A DNA stretch of 64,000 nt from Guillardia theta CCMP2712. Its lineage: Eukaryota > Protista > Cryptophyta. Positions within the stretch are counted from its first letter, which is position 1. Each line of letters begins with the position of its first letter. Location of the stretch: the NCBI RefSeq assembly GCF_000315625.1, contig NW_005434495.1, forward strand, positions 1-64,000, read 5' to 3'. The translations under genes were made by a program, and so were the position numbers. The notes beneath the pieces were generated by a model. The model made no database searches, was not told the origin of the DNA, and saw nothing but the letters and a program-made list of their open reading frames with translations. Positions 50,133 to 64,000 of this stretch are shown piece after piece.

Positions 50133-51880
50133 CTCGTCGAGGTGGCTTGTGCGCTGTCGATGAGCTTGGTGATATTAACCTGGATGAAAGTCAGAAAGAG
50201 GGAACATTAGCTGATTTAGCTGACTCAACATACCATTTCGATGGTGACTTCCGATGCGTCGGCGATTGCTTGAATAAAAGGAAGTTGGAATTTGGCTTCA
50301 AAAGCGAAAAAGACGAAACGCATCAGATAATAAACTGAATTTCCATGTCATACCTTTCATCTCAGTCACGGGAACAGGCAATCTGACTGTTACGGGAACA
50401 TAGGTTGATGCAGCAGCAGTCTTCGATGTAGTACCACTACACAATTGTCAAATCTTCTGTCCAACCTATGTGAAAGGAATGCTTACAATTCTGATGGACA
50501 TGTTGAGTTCGATGTCCCACACCCCGGAATCTTGATTCCAGCAAAGCAAGCTGCTTCAAATCAGTCGCCCAAAAAACAAAGAAAACAATATACAGTAACA
50601 ATTCATGCAGGTAGACTGATATGCAAAAAAGTTCTGTGAAAGCTTTAAGTGACAAAAACAGCTTTCTATACTTCACCTGAGGACAAGCTCTGCAAGTTCC
50701 TGGTTTAGACCCTTGACACCCTGTCCATTTGCTTGAGTTCGGACTGTAGAACAAGCCATGATGATTTTTCACCAGAAAGATATTCTCCGGTCTTGCAATT
50801 CGAACATTGCATGCACTCTGTTCATCCATTAGTCATCGTGAAACCACGGTACATCACAAGATTACTCTGTTGGCTACAATCTTTATAGTATCCAGCGCTA
50901 CATGCTGTACAACTGCGAATACCAAGTCACTTAAATAAAACAAAATAAATATTTAAGGTACTTTGCGGCCAGGCAAATTGCATCTGAAGTCTCTGAACCT
51001 TTAAACATCAATTAATAATTGTTTCCTGTACGAAAATCGTGGCTCACATTTGCTAACTTCCAGCTCCTGAGATGAGCAAGTCGAGCAAGAAGAACAAAGG
51101 GAACTAGAGTTAGCTCCGATGAATGTTGTGAATTTCCCTGCTGGGCATTGGGAACAAGATCCAGAACCACTCTTATCCTTGTACATCCCTGCTGGGCAAG
51201 GAAGACAGGTACTTCCCGTCTGATTGAACCCTGAAGGGCATACACAATCCGTCACAGATGAACTGCCAGCCGGTGACGTCATAATTCCAGGACACTTCGC
51301 ACAGTTCCTACAGGTACACACGTGAGTCAGGAACCTGAGCAAATCGACATCATTTCTCGCCATACCCTGTCGAATCTTTGTACGTGTTGGCTGGGCAAGA
51401 GGCCGGCACGATAGTGTAGACACAATCGGCAGTCTTCTTGATAGAGTCAGACCTTGAGTTGGACCATGCGCCTCTCAAAGTGACGGTCCCCGAGGAAGGA
51501 AGAGTCACAGCACCGCCACAGCTAAGTGACCTGGTCATTGAACATTCCCCTCCTTGAATCCCCCATGTCCCTGTGCCTGCGCTCGAGACCATTTCGACGA
51601 TGCAAAGACGGCCAGGATTGGAAAAACTGATAGAAAGTCCTGTGGTCGAGGTAGGGACATTGGACCCGCAACTGAGTGACTTTCCATTGGTAAGGCTGAT
51701 AACCGCCTGTATCGATGTAACTACAGCTCCGTGGCCACTGAATTGCGCGCCGTCAACCAAGGGCTCAGCACATTGGAGAAGTGACGGAACAGCGGAAGAA
51801 ATCTCAAGAAAACCCAAGAACAAGATGCAATGCAGGCTTGAAGCCAGCAGACGAGCTGAAGCAAACGTTCGAAAACTCAT
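49411..51880 (-). CDS. Cys-rich cell-surface protein (ephrin-receptor-like/TNFR-like repeats, Ser-rich stalk, hydrophobic C-terminus)
   Basis: Signal peptide; CPANTYK, CLPCPAGMYK, CSQCPAGKF and CTACSAGYYK repeats; poly-Ser; ends LFHRILFCISTAVFAIRLYG*. Confidence 0.7.
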
Positions 51881-52307
51881 CCTGCCCCAGCGGTAACCCA
51901 GAAGAACCGGAGGATCAATCGGAATAGAGGGGGGGGAAGGAGAGAGGAGAGAGAGGAGGAGAGAGGAAGGCCGTGCAAAGCGGCAGCAAGTGGGGACGAG
52001 CAAGCAATTGGTTTCGATCAACTCCCCCTGTCAACAACTTGCCATGGCAACCACGTCCCTGACAAACTCAACACTGTTACTCATAGGTACCCTTTTGTAC
52101 CATCACCCCACCTATTTCCCTCTGTATGACCCCTCCTGGTGAGATTTTAAAAAAGAGGCCCGGCCGACTCATGTTTAACTAGTACTCCTTTGAGTAAAGA
52201 GTACTAGCCAGTGTACGGCCCCGGGCCCGGCCGGGGAATTCGGAACCGGTTGTAGAACTAGGGATGAAAGTTGATTCCGAGGAGATAATCGGGCCGGTAG
52301 TAGCGCT

Positions 52308-55300
52308 ATGGCGTCGCTACCAGCAGGTAGAAAATGTTCGCTTCTGCCTCACCCTTCTCGTCTTTGTTTCATGAGTTGTGTCAATCTGCCAATGGCCCGA
52401 CTTTCTCTTGTCTTCAATGAGAGCGAGAGATCTGACGGCTTGCGTTCAGTCCTGCGAGATGCGATTCAAACGACCTTCCATGATCTTGACATTCAACAAA
52501 ATGGATTTCTTCAATTCAAGTCAGAAGTGTTCTTATTCTCGCTACATGTAGCTTGACTTCCTTCAGATTTTTTTCACAGTTGCTGCACAAATCTGGACTT
52601 TACATAAATGAGATGGAAACGAATGCTATAAAAAGACACCTCAGTCACATCAAGGTTAGATAACCTCAAGAATGCACCTGTCTTGTGACGCAAAGACAGG
52701 GAGCTGAGGACGAGGAAACCAAAATAGTTTTTACAATTGAAGACATACATTACTTTTGCACGGTATAGCTATTATCTGATGAGAATTGCTGACTAAGGAT
52801 GTTTGAAGAATCCTTCATTTATGATATGTCTACAAATCGAAGAATCGATGAGCTCGGAACGAGAAATCAGGTTATCCTGGTCATCTTCTTCCATCATTGT
52901 TATGATTCAGGCCCCACAGGATAAACCAATATGTCTCAAAAGTGCTTGAACAAGACGAAAAGACTATCGACGACTTCCTAAAATCTCCATCGTTGAGCAT
53001 TGTTGGAGATAGACAAGCAGTGCTGTACTTGCTTTCATGTTTTCGGTTCCAGTATTCGTTGACCAGTATACATCAGGCGACTTGCCAAGATCTTGCGGGA
53101 AAAGTCTTTGGACATCGCAACTCGGAAGAATTTGGTAAGGAAAGAGGGGGATGATATGTAGCCTGAGGTATCCATGATCAGACCAAAGCAATCTCAAAGA
53201 TCTCCGAAAAGCCCAGAGAAGTGAAAGCTTGTGTATCCGAAAACTAATGTAATGTGTTGACGAAGGCTTCGGGTGTTGATAGAATGCCTGGAGTGAAAAA
53301 GGATAAGATCTATGATGATCAAGCTATTGCAGGTATTGACCTGAGAGATAGTTTTGCTCTCCGCTGACCTGCAACAGCTTTTTCATGGATTCTGTGTCAT
53401 GGATCACCAATCTACATGGATCAGCGGACCTTTACAAACCCAGAACACGAAAACATCAGTCAAGATCTAGTATTCGTGTTCGTTTGAATACTTTTTGATC
53501 AACGATTTGAGATCAGATTCCACTGTATACGCATTGGATTCAGAAGTATGAAAAATCAACAAGACGTTTGGTAGCAATTATGGACACAAACACAGCTCAC
53601 GAAGTCTGAACAGGAATTTGTTACAAAACTTCAAGAAGAAGGCTCTTCGAGGCAATCAGTGCCTCCAGAATTAGTTGAGTATAGGTGACCTCAGATTTGT
53701 TGCGGTGCGACAGGACTGACGTGGAAACTCAGAGAAACGTGCCATGAAGCTTGTGAGTTTGTTCGAATGGAGGCGATCAGAGGGTTGGGAAACATTTCAG
53801 ACCACGAGCATGAGCATTCGCTCAAGGTAATATGGCGATTCGAAGCCTTGTTCGTTATGTATCGATACGTTCCTCCAGGTTCTGGAAAGATGTGCGACGT
53901 CGGATCCTTGCTGGGCAGTACGTGGCATGGCGCTTGAAATGTTTGAAGCGACTGTTTGAAGATGAGCTGCAATGAGATTGATTCCTTAGGTTGAAAGCTT
54001 TTGCAGTGAACATCCGGTTTGTTCTTGGAGTTTTATGCTGCTCGTCACGTGACGAGGATCATCGCAGGAAGGCTTCTTTCTTCGAGCGATGGGACATGCA
54101 GGAATACTGGTGGTCAGACCAAGATGAACCGTGGAGATCTCAAGACGAATCAAGGAAATATTTATGGCAGACTTTAGAAATCAGCACGAGAGATATAGCG
54201 TGGCAGGTATTAGCAATGATGATGAAGACAACCTTGTGGAATGAGTGTGCAGGTGCGAGTACGAGCTATCGAAGTGATCACAGAAACAGCTGAGATTGGG
54301 AATATCGATGCTCACCGAATCCTCGTGCCTCTCATTGAAGACCAATCCAACGTGAGATCTCCGAATTCTGTCACGATGTCCTTTGAATTGGATGCAAAGC
54401 GAGTCAAATCTGCCACACAGCGTGGACTTACCAACCTGGTATGCATGGATTTTTGTTTCAAAATTATTTTGAGGATGTCGTAAATAGCTCTACGGCCGTG
54501 GCGAGTGGGTTGCAAGGAGATGGGAGGAGTTACAAAAGTAATCATCTTTGCGGCTAAATACAATGTCTGACGTTGCTATCAAGAAATGTAAAGGACGGAA
54601 TGGAACATGATTTAGCAGCAAGTGAGGCTGAAGAGAAAGCCACTAGGGCAACAAGGAAGGATGCAGCGACAACTGTGATCGATGTGTTGATCGAGTACAT
54701 CAAAAGTGGGAAGCATGGGTTCAGGTCCTTTCGGCTTTATGGCCTTGAGAAGCGTTTTGATCCATCTTGCAGGCAGCAAAATCTGATTACATTGGGTAAA
54801 GTAGTTCATTCCGCAACGATGAGAGGAGAAAACAAGTGCATCAGTAAGAAATGTTGACCAGATCGCTTTCAGTTGAAGTTCCTCAGATTTTCTTGTCGAT
54901 TGCATGGATTCCGACATTGCATCAGTGCGAACAAGCGCAATGGCTGCAGTAAGAGTTATCTGTCTGAAAGATGATAGGAGGGTGGTGCAGAAAATCATGG
55001 AGATGGCAGCCTATGATGTCGACGTTCATTGCAAACGATATGCGATCGAATCTCTCGAGGTCGTCTCCTCGCGAGGGCAGCGAGACCCTCTCGACGTACT
55101 CTGCGATCTCCTTGGTCATGGTGAAGCAGAAATTCGCGAATCCGCCGTGAGATGATTGACATGCCCAACTGCTTTTGCTGAGCAATCGTGCGATGTACAG
55201 GTTAGGACGATAGAACATTTGGCAGACCACTGCGATTCGCATATGATAGGGAAGGTGTCCTAGATATCTCTTTTCTGCTTCTCCGTCATTCAGCTCTCAG

Positions 55301-55453
55301 ATCCAGCTTCTGCTAAGCGACTCCAACTGGTCAGTGCGACGAGCTGCTGCAACATGCCTCAAGCATCTCTGTGGCGATCATTCAAATGTGGAAAACTTGA
55401 TCCCCGATCCGCAAGATCGCCGATGGTTCTTGAGATCTTGGCCACATCCCTGA
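52308..55453 (+). CDS. HEAT-repeat protein with N-terminal EF-hand-like motif
   Basis: FHDLDIQQNGFLQF; repeated D...VR..A...L units (DSDIASVRTSAM, HGEAEIRESAV, DSNWSVRRAAA). Confidence 0.65.
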
Positions 55454-55852
55454 CAGAAGAAAGCCATGGCTTTCATGCGTCACTGCTGAGGTAGGCAGAC
55501 CTCCATTGCTCTTGATTCTGATTCAACAGTACAGCTCATCTCACTAGTACTCTAGTCTTGAAGATTCACCTGGTGCTCGAAGGTCGTTTGACCAACGCTT
55601 CCGGCAGGCCCTAACCCTCACCCACCCCTTGATTTTATAACCCTCAAATTTCCACTCGAGAACCCACCCTATAAACATGGTTGTATAAAACGAGTGTTTT
55701 ACCACCCCCTCCTCAGACCAATTCCGGGTGGTCAGACTGAGAATTTTTATGCATGGAGCTGTGTTCCGCTTCCAGTCCCCTCGCCCCCCCTGTCGAGCGT
55801 CCGAGCGCTCCCTCCTTGCTGCAGCCTCTCCGCTCTCTCATCTGAAAGCTGT

Positions 55853-57188
<1,336 letters not shown>

Positions 57189-57302
57189 TCCTTGATTGAC
57201 GCCAGGACAGAAGAAATTCAGGAAAGCAAAAACAAAAATTTATTTCCGAACAAAAATGATGTGATTTTTTTGTTGTTAAAGAAAGATGTACAATATATCA
57301 AA

Positions 57303-57669
57303 TTACATAATAACACAAGGAATACAGATTGGGATGCAAACTGGCATTCCGTCGTCGTAATCACCTGAATGGATAACATCAGTTCGTCTTGAGGACATGT
57401 TCACTTATTCACCGCGAATGTCATTCAGAGCTCCACAAAAGGGACATCGAAACACGGGACCGGGGGCATCAGCTACATTTCGACAGTTGTAGCATGCAAC
57501 CTGTGTTGCAGTTCAGAACTTCCGCTCCTTGGGCAGACCGCTCCTTGGGCAGAGGAACAAGTATATGATCATTCAGAAATGACAAGGCTTTGACGAGATC
57601 CTCTCCCCTTACCCTGATAGTCGTCGTCGTCGTTGGCTCCACAGCCGTAGCCACTGGGATGTCTTGCAT
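57303..57669 (-). CDS. 68-aa protein with C4 zinc ribbon and C-terminal CaaX box
   Basis: Exons 57669-57613, 57500-57413 and 57364-57303 splice in phase to MQDIPVATAVEPTTTTTIRVACYNCRNVADAPGPVFRCPFCGALNDIRGDYDDGMPVCIPICIPCVIM*. Confidence 0.8.
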
Positions 57670-57981
57670 CTTCTTCCTCCTCTCGTCTCCTTACCGTCTG
57701 CTCAGGGACGTGCTCCACCCACACTCCTGCGAACCTGCGGAAGTTCTTCAAACTATGCTTTTTTAACTTAACTTTGAGTAAAGGCTAGTGCCGCAGCTTT
57801 GGTGCTCGGAGCTACCCGGTGACCGTACGGCCTGAGGCAAACTATCCCCGACTATGAGTAAAAGATCCCCGACTTTGAGTGAACTTATCCGATGATCGGC
57901 CGCTGGCCCGGCCGGGCCGGACTCCGACCTGATACCGGGCCCGGGCTAACTTACAAGCTTTTTCATTTTACTGTCATGACT

Positions 57982-59132
57982 TCAAGGCTTATGTAGGATT
58001 AATACCTCAGCTTTGAGGTCCGGAAACTCTGATTGCTCCAACCACCAGCTGTTGAATTCATGTTTCGAGCCTGCTTTCCCTCCGGCTTGACTCGATTCGT
58101 TCATGGTCTCAGCAATCTGATTCAAGACAACCCTAGAATGCTGCATCACATCAGCAAATATCATGACAGCTCCCTTCTTTGCTTTTTGCGCTAGAAAACT
58201 GTAAAACTCCCAACCTGTTCTCCAATTCAGTGATAGTGAATATCATTCAGATTCCTGCAAACCAGTTTTCTTTGCCTTGTCCGAAGTTTCATTTGCGACA
58301 TATGAGAAGATGAAGAGGTCATAAGTGTTTGCAGCAAGAAAGAGACGCTTGTTTGCATCATGATGCCTCCCAGCGGTCGCATCACAATGTTCGAATGAAA
58401 GCGCGATATCGTTACCCATCAATTCCTAGGGGTTTGAACTCATCAAATACTTCACCAACGACGGGGTTTCAACCTGTAGGGTAGGAAGATTTCTCCGCCA
58501 GCTTCTTTCGTTGTCATAAAGAACGCATTGAACGGTTGCATCCTTCTTTGCATCGATACCAAAACCAAGATAATTTCGATTTGCCCAGAATAGTCCGCTG
58601 ACATCCGTTCCTTTCAAAATCAAAGATAAATTGAGAGCAATCACAAGAGACTGCGCGCTGCTTGCAAGCATCTCCAAGTCGAGAACACGAACTTGCCTGG
58701 TCCACCGCCGATGGAAGCGACTCGCAGAAGAGGTTTTGACGACATGCTTTTGGTCAAGGATTTCTGTAGAGCCGACCGAAGATCAGGCACGACCGACGAG
58801 TTTGGATTGAGAATATTTCCCACAATCGAGTACAACAAGAGTCCCCGTCGCTCAAACTTGGTGCTGTAGTAGAGATGATGCAGCGCTTCTCCGGAGAATT
58901 TGATCCCCTTGGTGTCCTGCCCGTGAGCTAAGTTTGCTAGTCTCTGCTTCGCTTCCATCATAGACTTCTCATTGATGCCCCCCTGTGCTCTACGCTCCAC
59001 ACTCTCCATCATCTGGAATCGACCTGTTGCAAACCACTCCAAGACATTCTCCGGAATTTTCAAGCAACTCCGTTTGAGCGTCTGAGCGATTGGAAGTTTG
59101 GCTGTCTTGCTTGTAACCTTGGTTCGGGTCAT
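57982..59132 (-). CDS. Class I SAM-dependent methyltransferase-like protein
   Basis: LRVASIGGGPG (motif I), LYD..W, DLFIFSYVANE, KKGAVMIFAD. Confidence 0.6.
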
Positions 59133-59707
59133 GATCTCTTATCTTGTTATGGCGTGACTTGAATAAAAAAAGCCTGCAAAGACAAAAGTCATGTAAATCC
59201 GATCAGATGCGACAGATGCAATGGAAGGGGGCTGATAGCTTTTTTGGCAGTGTTAGATCTTGCAAGCGTTGCTCAATAACCACGAAACTCCCAGCAAGAT
59301 GACAGAACAAGAGACACCTGCAAACAGTCTCTTCGTAACATCATCTCCCAATCTCTCTAGGGAATACATAGCCTATCTCGCCATCTGCCGCGGGCTTGCT
59401 CTGCTGTTCAGACTTGATCGCTAATGCGGGGGATAGAGTGCAAGGGGAAGGGTACTTGGGGAGTATTTGTACGAGGGTTTCGGTGTGGGGAATATCAAGA
59501 TAAGACTCAAATAAAAAAACGTAGGACAATTGTTCCCCAGTGATCCTGCTCCCCGACCGCAAAACTTGACGGATGCTTGAGATGGGAGGGAGGGGAGAGC
59601 AGAGGGGATGGGGAGGAATCAGCTGAGCCAAGGGGGTGTGGAACTGATACAGTCACGCTTTTGACAGTTTGCTCAATATGTGTTCATGTCCTAGTTTACA
59701 ATCAGAA

Positions 59708-61081
59708 TCATTCCTGGTAGAGTTCAGGAAGAGCCGAGGAAACGCCTCCGTCAGCGATGAGGTTGACCTGGAAACATAATCGCTCAGCAGACACAGGAAC
59801 AAGAGAACTGAAGCGACGTAATGAACTCACGCGGCGACCGAGACGAAAGCCGCTGCCATCCCAGATCACCCAGCGAGAGCCGAGGTTGCCTATGCGGTAC
59901 CTCCTGCCGCTGATGTCAGAGAAAGCCACACAAGAATCGGCTGCTCTACCGCTGAGGGTTGCGGTAGCCTGACTTGGCCTTGAGATAAGCCTCCACCTGC
60001 ACCTCAGCTCACTGGAGGCCTGCACGCATAGACGCGCAGGTCACCGCATAGATGACGCCGGCATGGCAAACGACGACCACTCGCTGTCCGGGATGCTGCA
60101 CAAGCAACCTTACCCAGCTGATCCAATCCTCCTGCTCTCTTACGCACCTGCATTCGAACATAATCTAGCGCTGAGAAAACGCGGGGGAGCACCTGAAGGT
60201 GAGGTCAGAGGTGGGAGCAGGACGCCACAGACACTACCATGTCATCGGTCTCATACGAAGGGGGCAACAATCTTCGCTTGAGATATCCTGTGATCGCAAG
60301 CGCGTGAGGCAAGTCGAGTCATTTCAGAAATGGAGAAAAGAATGTATCAAAGAGGAAAAAGACGATCACCTGGCCACTTCTGCTGAACCTCTTCATATGT
60401 CAAACCTGCGCCCACGTCGATTTCTCGTCGTCACAGTATCATTCTTCTGCTTTACCTGACCATTCTCCAACGCTTCGCTCCCTGAATCTTTCATCTTCCA
60501 TGATCTGATGTGAGAAGAGTCAAAAATCAATACAAGCTAGAAGATGAAATTCGAGGGGCGCATCACCTTTCCTAGTCCAGCTTGTGAGGAGAGGATTTGA
60601 GCTGTCTGCTTTGCTCGCTTCATGTTGGAGGAATAAACTGCAAATCAGTGAGGCTCTTCATTTTTTCAGCATTCACCGTCACTTGCGCCGATGTCAGGAA
60701 TGCCGCCTCCCTCAGCCAACACCTGCGGTCCTCCTGACAGCCTGACAGCAAGCATGATCAGCACATCTCCCCTTTCCTCCAGGTGCGCTGCCACCTCAAA
60801 GCCGCCTGGACTGACTGAGCAACGCCGAGGCTGGAGAGCGACATGTCTGCTTGACCCTGCCACCTTCCCTCCGCGTTCCAGGTCGACTGTCCATGCCGAA
60901 CGAGAAGGATTTGGGTTGTCGGGCCTGTGGCCTGTTTGCTGCTACCGTCAGCAGATTTGTTCGACTTCGTCCGTTGCTGCGCAGACTCTTTGGAAGGCGA
61001 GAAGTTGACGTTGAAGTTGCGGCGAAGTCTGAATGCCCCGCGAGCAATATCAGAAACTTGTCCGTCTGGTCTTCTGTTCAT
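59708..61081 (-). CDS. Histidine phosphatase (phosphoglycerate mutase-like) family protein
   Basis: LLVRHGQSTWNAEGRWQGQAD, YSSNMKRAKQTA, RERSVGEWSG, VVVCHAGVI. Confidence 0.88.
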
Positions 61082-61088
61082 TCCAAAG

Positions 61089-62541
61089 CTACGGGAGTTG
61101 TTCTTGGAGGACTCTCTCTTTTCCTGCGCGCGAAAGTGATGTCATTTTATACAGCATGACCAAAAAGCACAAAAGGCTTGTCAAGTACCTGAGGCGGTGC
61201 TCGACGATACTGATTGAAGTTTAGCCGATTTTCTATCCCCGAGCTTTCAAGATCATCAAGAATTTTCTTAGTCAGCTCCATGTACTTGTCTCTCTCTGCT
61301 AATGGTTTGTCTTCCAAGGTGTCCTGCGCACTCATTTCATCACTTTCGACATCAAACTGCATGGAGTTTGGCGGTAAAATCCCATCATCATCGCCTGTTT
61401 GTACCAGTTCGCCCATTTCCTCATCCTCGTCGGATGAAAGAGGAATCTCTAAATCAATCACATCCTCTTTCATTACTTGCGATTCAAGGCTCGGGAAATT
61501 CGATACCGGGGGATTAACACGCTGAGCATACAAGTTGAGGAGAGTTTCAATCCTTTGTTGAAGGCCTTTCTCCCACTTGTCATAAGCATTTCGAATCTTC
61601 TTTAGTGATCGTGCACTCTCGCCTCTGCCACGGAGGTTTGACAGGTAAAACTCGCACATTTGGAGGAATTTGTGGGGACGACGAGCCTGGCGATTCTCCT
61701 TCGGCACATCTGACAAGTCTGCCTCCATCAACGGAGCTCTCACTACAACGCCATCTTCATCCACTGCCTCCAATGTGATTGAGCAGCTGTCAAGCTTGAG
61801 CTCGAGCGGTTTCAGCCTGTTTCCCATCGTCTTGGCGTAGGTGAGAGCCGCTGACTCGTTCTGAAACCTTCGAACGAGCAGCATCGGCGCACAAACGTCG
61901 CGCTCAACGATGATCCCAGCAATATTTGACAGCGCATTCTTGGTGGCCATGGCAACCTCTTGAATTCCTCTTTGGAACTCTGGAGTCCAGCTTTCTTCGC
62001 GCATCACCAGGAACACATTCCAACTCTCTGCTGCTTTCTTGTACTCGACAGTCGAGAGGTTCAGCGCCAGGGGTATCATGACGGCGACAGTTTGATTCAC
62101 CTCGTTTGCCACTCGTTGAAAATCCTCGAGCGTCAAACGCGGATAGACGCCCCCGCTGCAGATCTTCTGCCGGACATTCGGCGAGTTCAGTGCCAGCTGA
62201 GATTCCTGCGAATTATGAGAAGAGTCGAAGTGAGGGAGGAGGGACAGCACCTGGATGACCCTCCTTGAGATTCTCCAACAGATGTAAAACCCTTGGCCGT
62301 CATCTGCTCCTGCTGCGGCAGCTTCCTGGTAGCTGTTACTTGGATATAGCATCTTGGCACCCTTGCTCCTGGTGCATCGCGGCGAGGCTTCACAGCGAGG
62401 AAGCCGGTTCGCTCTCAACGATGAGAGAGAAACGTGCGAGACGGAATTAAAATGAATAGGACTGAAAACATCGACAAAGGACGTTGACGAGACTAGAAGC
62501 ACAAAGAGAATGTATTGGCGCAGAAGAAGTTTGCTGGACAT
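61089..62541 (-). CDS. Hypothetical protein with bipartite (plastid-like) presequence
   Basis: 474-aa ORF; hydrophobic signal followed by a Ser/Arg-rich transit-like segment. A probable last intron gives ...PQEKRVLQEQLP*. Confidence 0.6.
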
Positions 62542-63077
62542 TTGACGTTGTCCAAAGAAACTAATACACAAGAAAAAGGCACCAATACAAAGATAGGTTT
62601 CCCTTCATCAAAGAATATGCAAAATCTACCGAAGATGGGGAGGAGAAGGTGGAAAGGGGGAAGAGGGTTCAGCGATGCTTCGGACGCAACAGGAGCAATC
62701 GACCAAAAGGGTGGGAGAAGTTTTAGGAATCAGGAAGGGGAGGTTCCAGATGAGAGCGAGGAGATGATGGCAGGAGAGGGATGCTGAGGGAACAGGGAAG
62801 GCGGATGCTCTAAAGAGCAGGGGCGGGAGGAAGCGGAGGAGGGGCGAGGAGGATGCGGATCTTCTCTCATGGCGGATCCGCAGGGGCCATCATGGAGGGG
62901 GCTGGAGGTAAAAGAAGACTAAAAACTTTCGCAAACTAAACCTTGCACTGAACTAAACATGGAAGAACTTTTTCTCAGTTAAGTTTAGCAGGAGCCTCTC
63001 GATGGCTCAGGCAGTCTGCTATGTTTCCAACAAGAGACACTTGGAGACGCTTTCAAAACTTTTACTCCTTCCTAAAA

Positions 63078-63342
63078 CTTACATATCCTCCTCCTCCTCC
63101 TCCTCCTCCGTCCTGCGACGCTTTCGAACCATGATGAAGCCTTCCTCCTCCACTGGCTTCGCGTCACTGTCCGCACTGCTCTCAGAGCTTGTGGTGTAGA
63201 GCTGATTGTTTGTGTCTGAAGTAGAACGTCAACTTTCGCTCGTTCCTTTGGCAGCTCAGCCTCTCATGCCCTTGGTCTCCTTCCCTTCCCTTCTCTCCCC
63301 TCCCTCCTGCCCGCCCGCCCCCCTCCTTCCTTCCTCGGGTAT

Positions 63343-63429
<87 letters not shown>

Positions 63430-64000
63430 CCCTTTCTAGTTTCTGGCCACATCCGGTTTCTTACCGTCTTGTATGATCTCCAAACTCCTGCACCCCTGGT
63501 ACACCAACCCGAGTATGGTAAGCCTACCAAGCTCCCCGTCTTCTTTCGGTTCCGTCCCATGTGCCTCCCCTAGGTCGATCTGATAAACCTCCGCCACCTC
63601 CTCCACTGCGCACTGCAGCAGTTTCCCTTCCATGCGGCTGCGAGGCCAGACGCCTACGAGAGGTGACAAGCAGGATGTGAGCAACAGGAGGCGACGAGGC
63701 GAGCCTACCAGACACGCGATAGCCCTCGGGCACGCTGAGACTCCAAGTAGCATGAAGCTTGACAAGCTCGAGAGACGCGTGGAAGAAACAGCTGCGAGAA
63801 GTCAGAGAAGGAGCAGACGAGAAGGAGGAAAACCTCAACGCTTGTCCTCGCTTCTCCGGTGATTCGACTCCCATAGACACGAAATTCAAGAACTTGCTCA
63901 ACTTCCTCCTCAACGCCACGAAGATGCGCATCACTACCTTCACGATCTGCTACTCTCTCAGCAATGCTGAGGTTCCCATCAGTCTGCGAACCTGCAGCTT
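63078..64000 (-). CDS. 3' part of a multi-exon hypothetical gene, truncated by the right edge
   Basis: Open exons with GT-AG introns; terminal exon ...EEEGFIMVRKRRRTEEEEEEEDM*. Confidence 0.4.
63344..63430. repeat. (GCCT)n intronic microsatellite
   Basis: Perfect tetramer array. Confidence 0.92.

Noticed and set aside
49220-50340. Apparent + strand pseudogene with acidic stretch and scattered stops
   Set aside because: It is the antisense shadow of the spliced minus-strand surface-protein gene (poly-Ser reads as poly-Asp/Glu).
61800-62140. Possible 2H phosphoesterase fold in the 474-aa ORF
   Set aside because: The required HxT/S motifs are absent and the similarity is too weak to support.

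Overview
Gene-dense eukaryotic nuclear DNA with many short GT-AG introns (mostly ~40-60 nt, some swollen by purine/pyrimidine microsatellites), so most six-frame ORFs are exon fragments or repeat shadows. Bipartite signal+transit presequences, a signal-bearing cytosolic-type ProRS, a ciliary assembly gene and EsV-1-7 repeat genes point to a flagellated alga with a complex red plastid, most likely a cryptophyte such as Guillardia theta (inference). By manual splicing I recover about 30 genes. They include a bacterial/fungal-type phytoene desaturase (CrtI, missed by the ORF track and running off the left edge), a DUF1824+NifU-like protein, PanC, a DAO-family oxidoreductase, TPR-AspH, IPK with a permuted C2 region, ProRS, a delta-6-type elongase, a PX protein and two EsV-1-7 proteins. 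Further along are a GT23 fucosyltransferase, SMC1, DNAAF4, a plastid/Tat-signal phosphate-carrier-like MCF protein, a Cys-rich surface protein, a HEAT protein, PKA-C, a 68-aa zinc-finger/CaaX protein, a methyltransferase-like protein and a histidine phosphatase. There is also a decayed SF1 helicase relic and a recurring intergenic motif (CCGG islands plus ACTTTGAGTAAAG). I saw no rRNA, tRNA, CRISPR array or intact transposon. All family calls come from motif recognition by eye, and splice models need RNA-seq confirmation.
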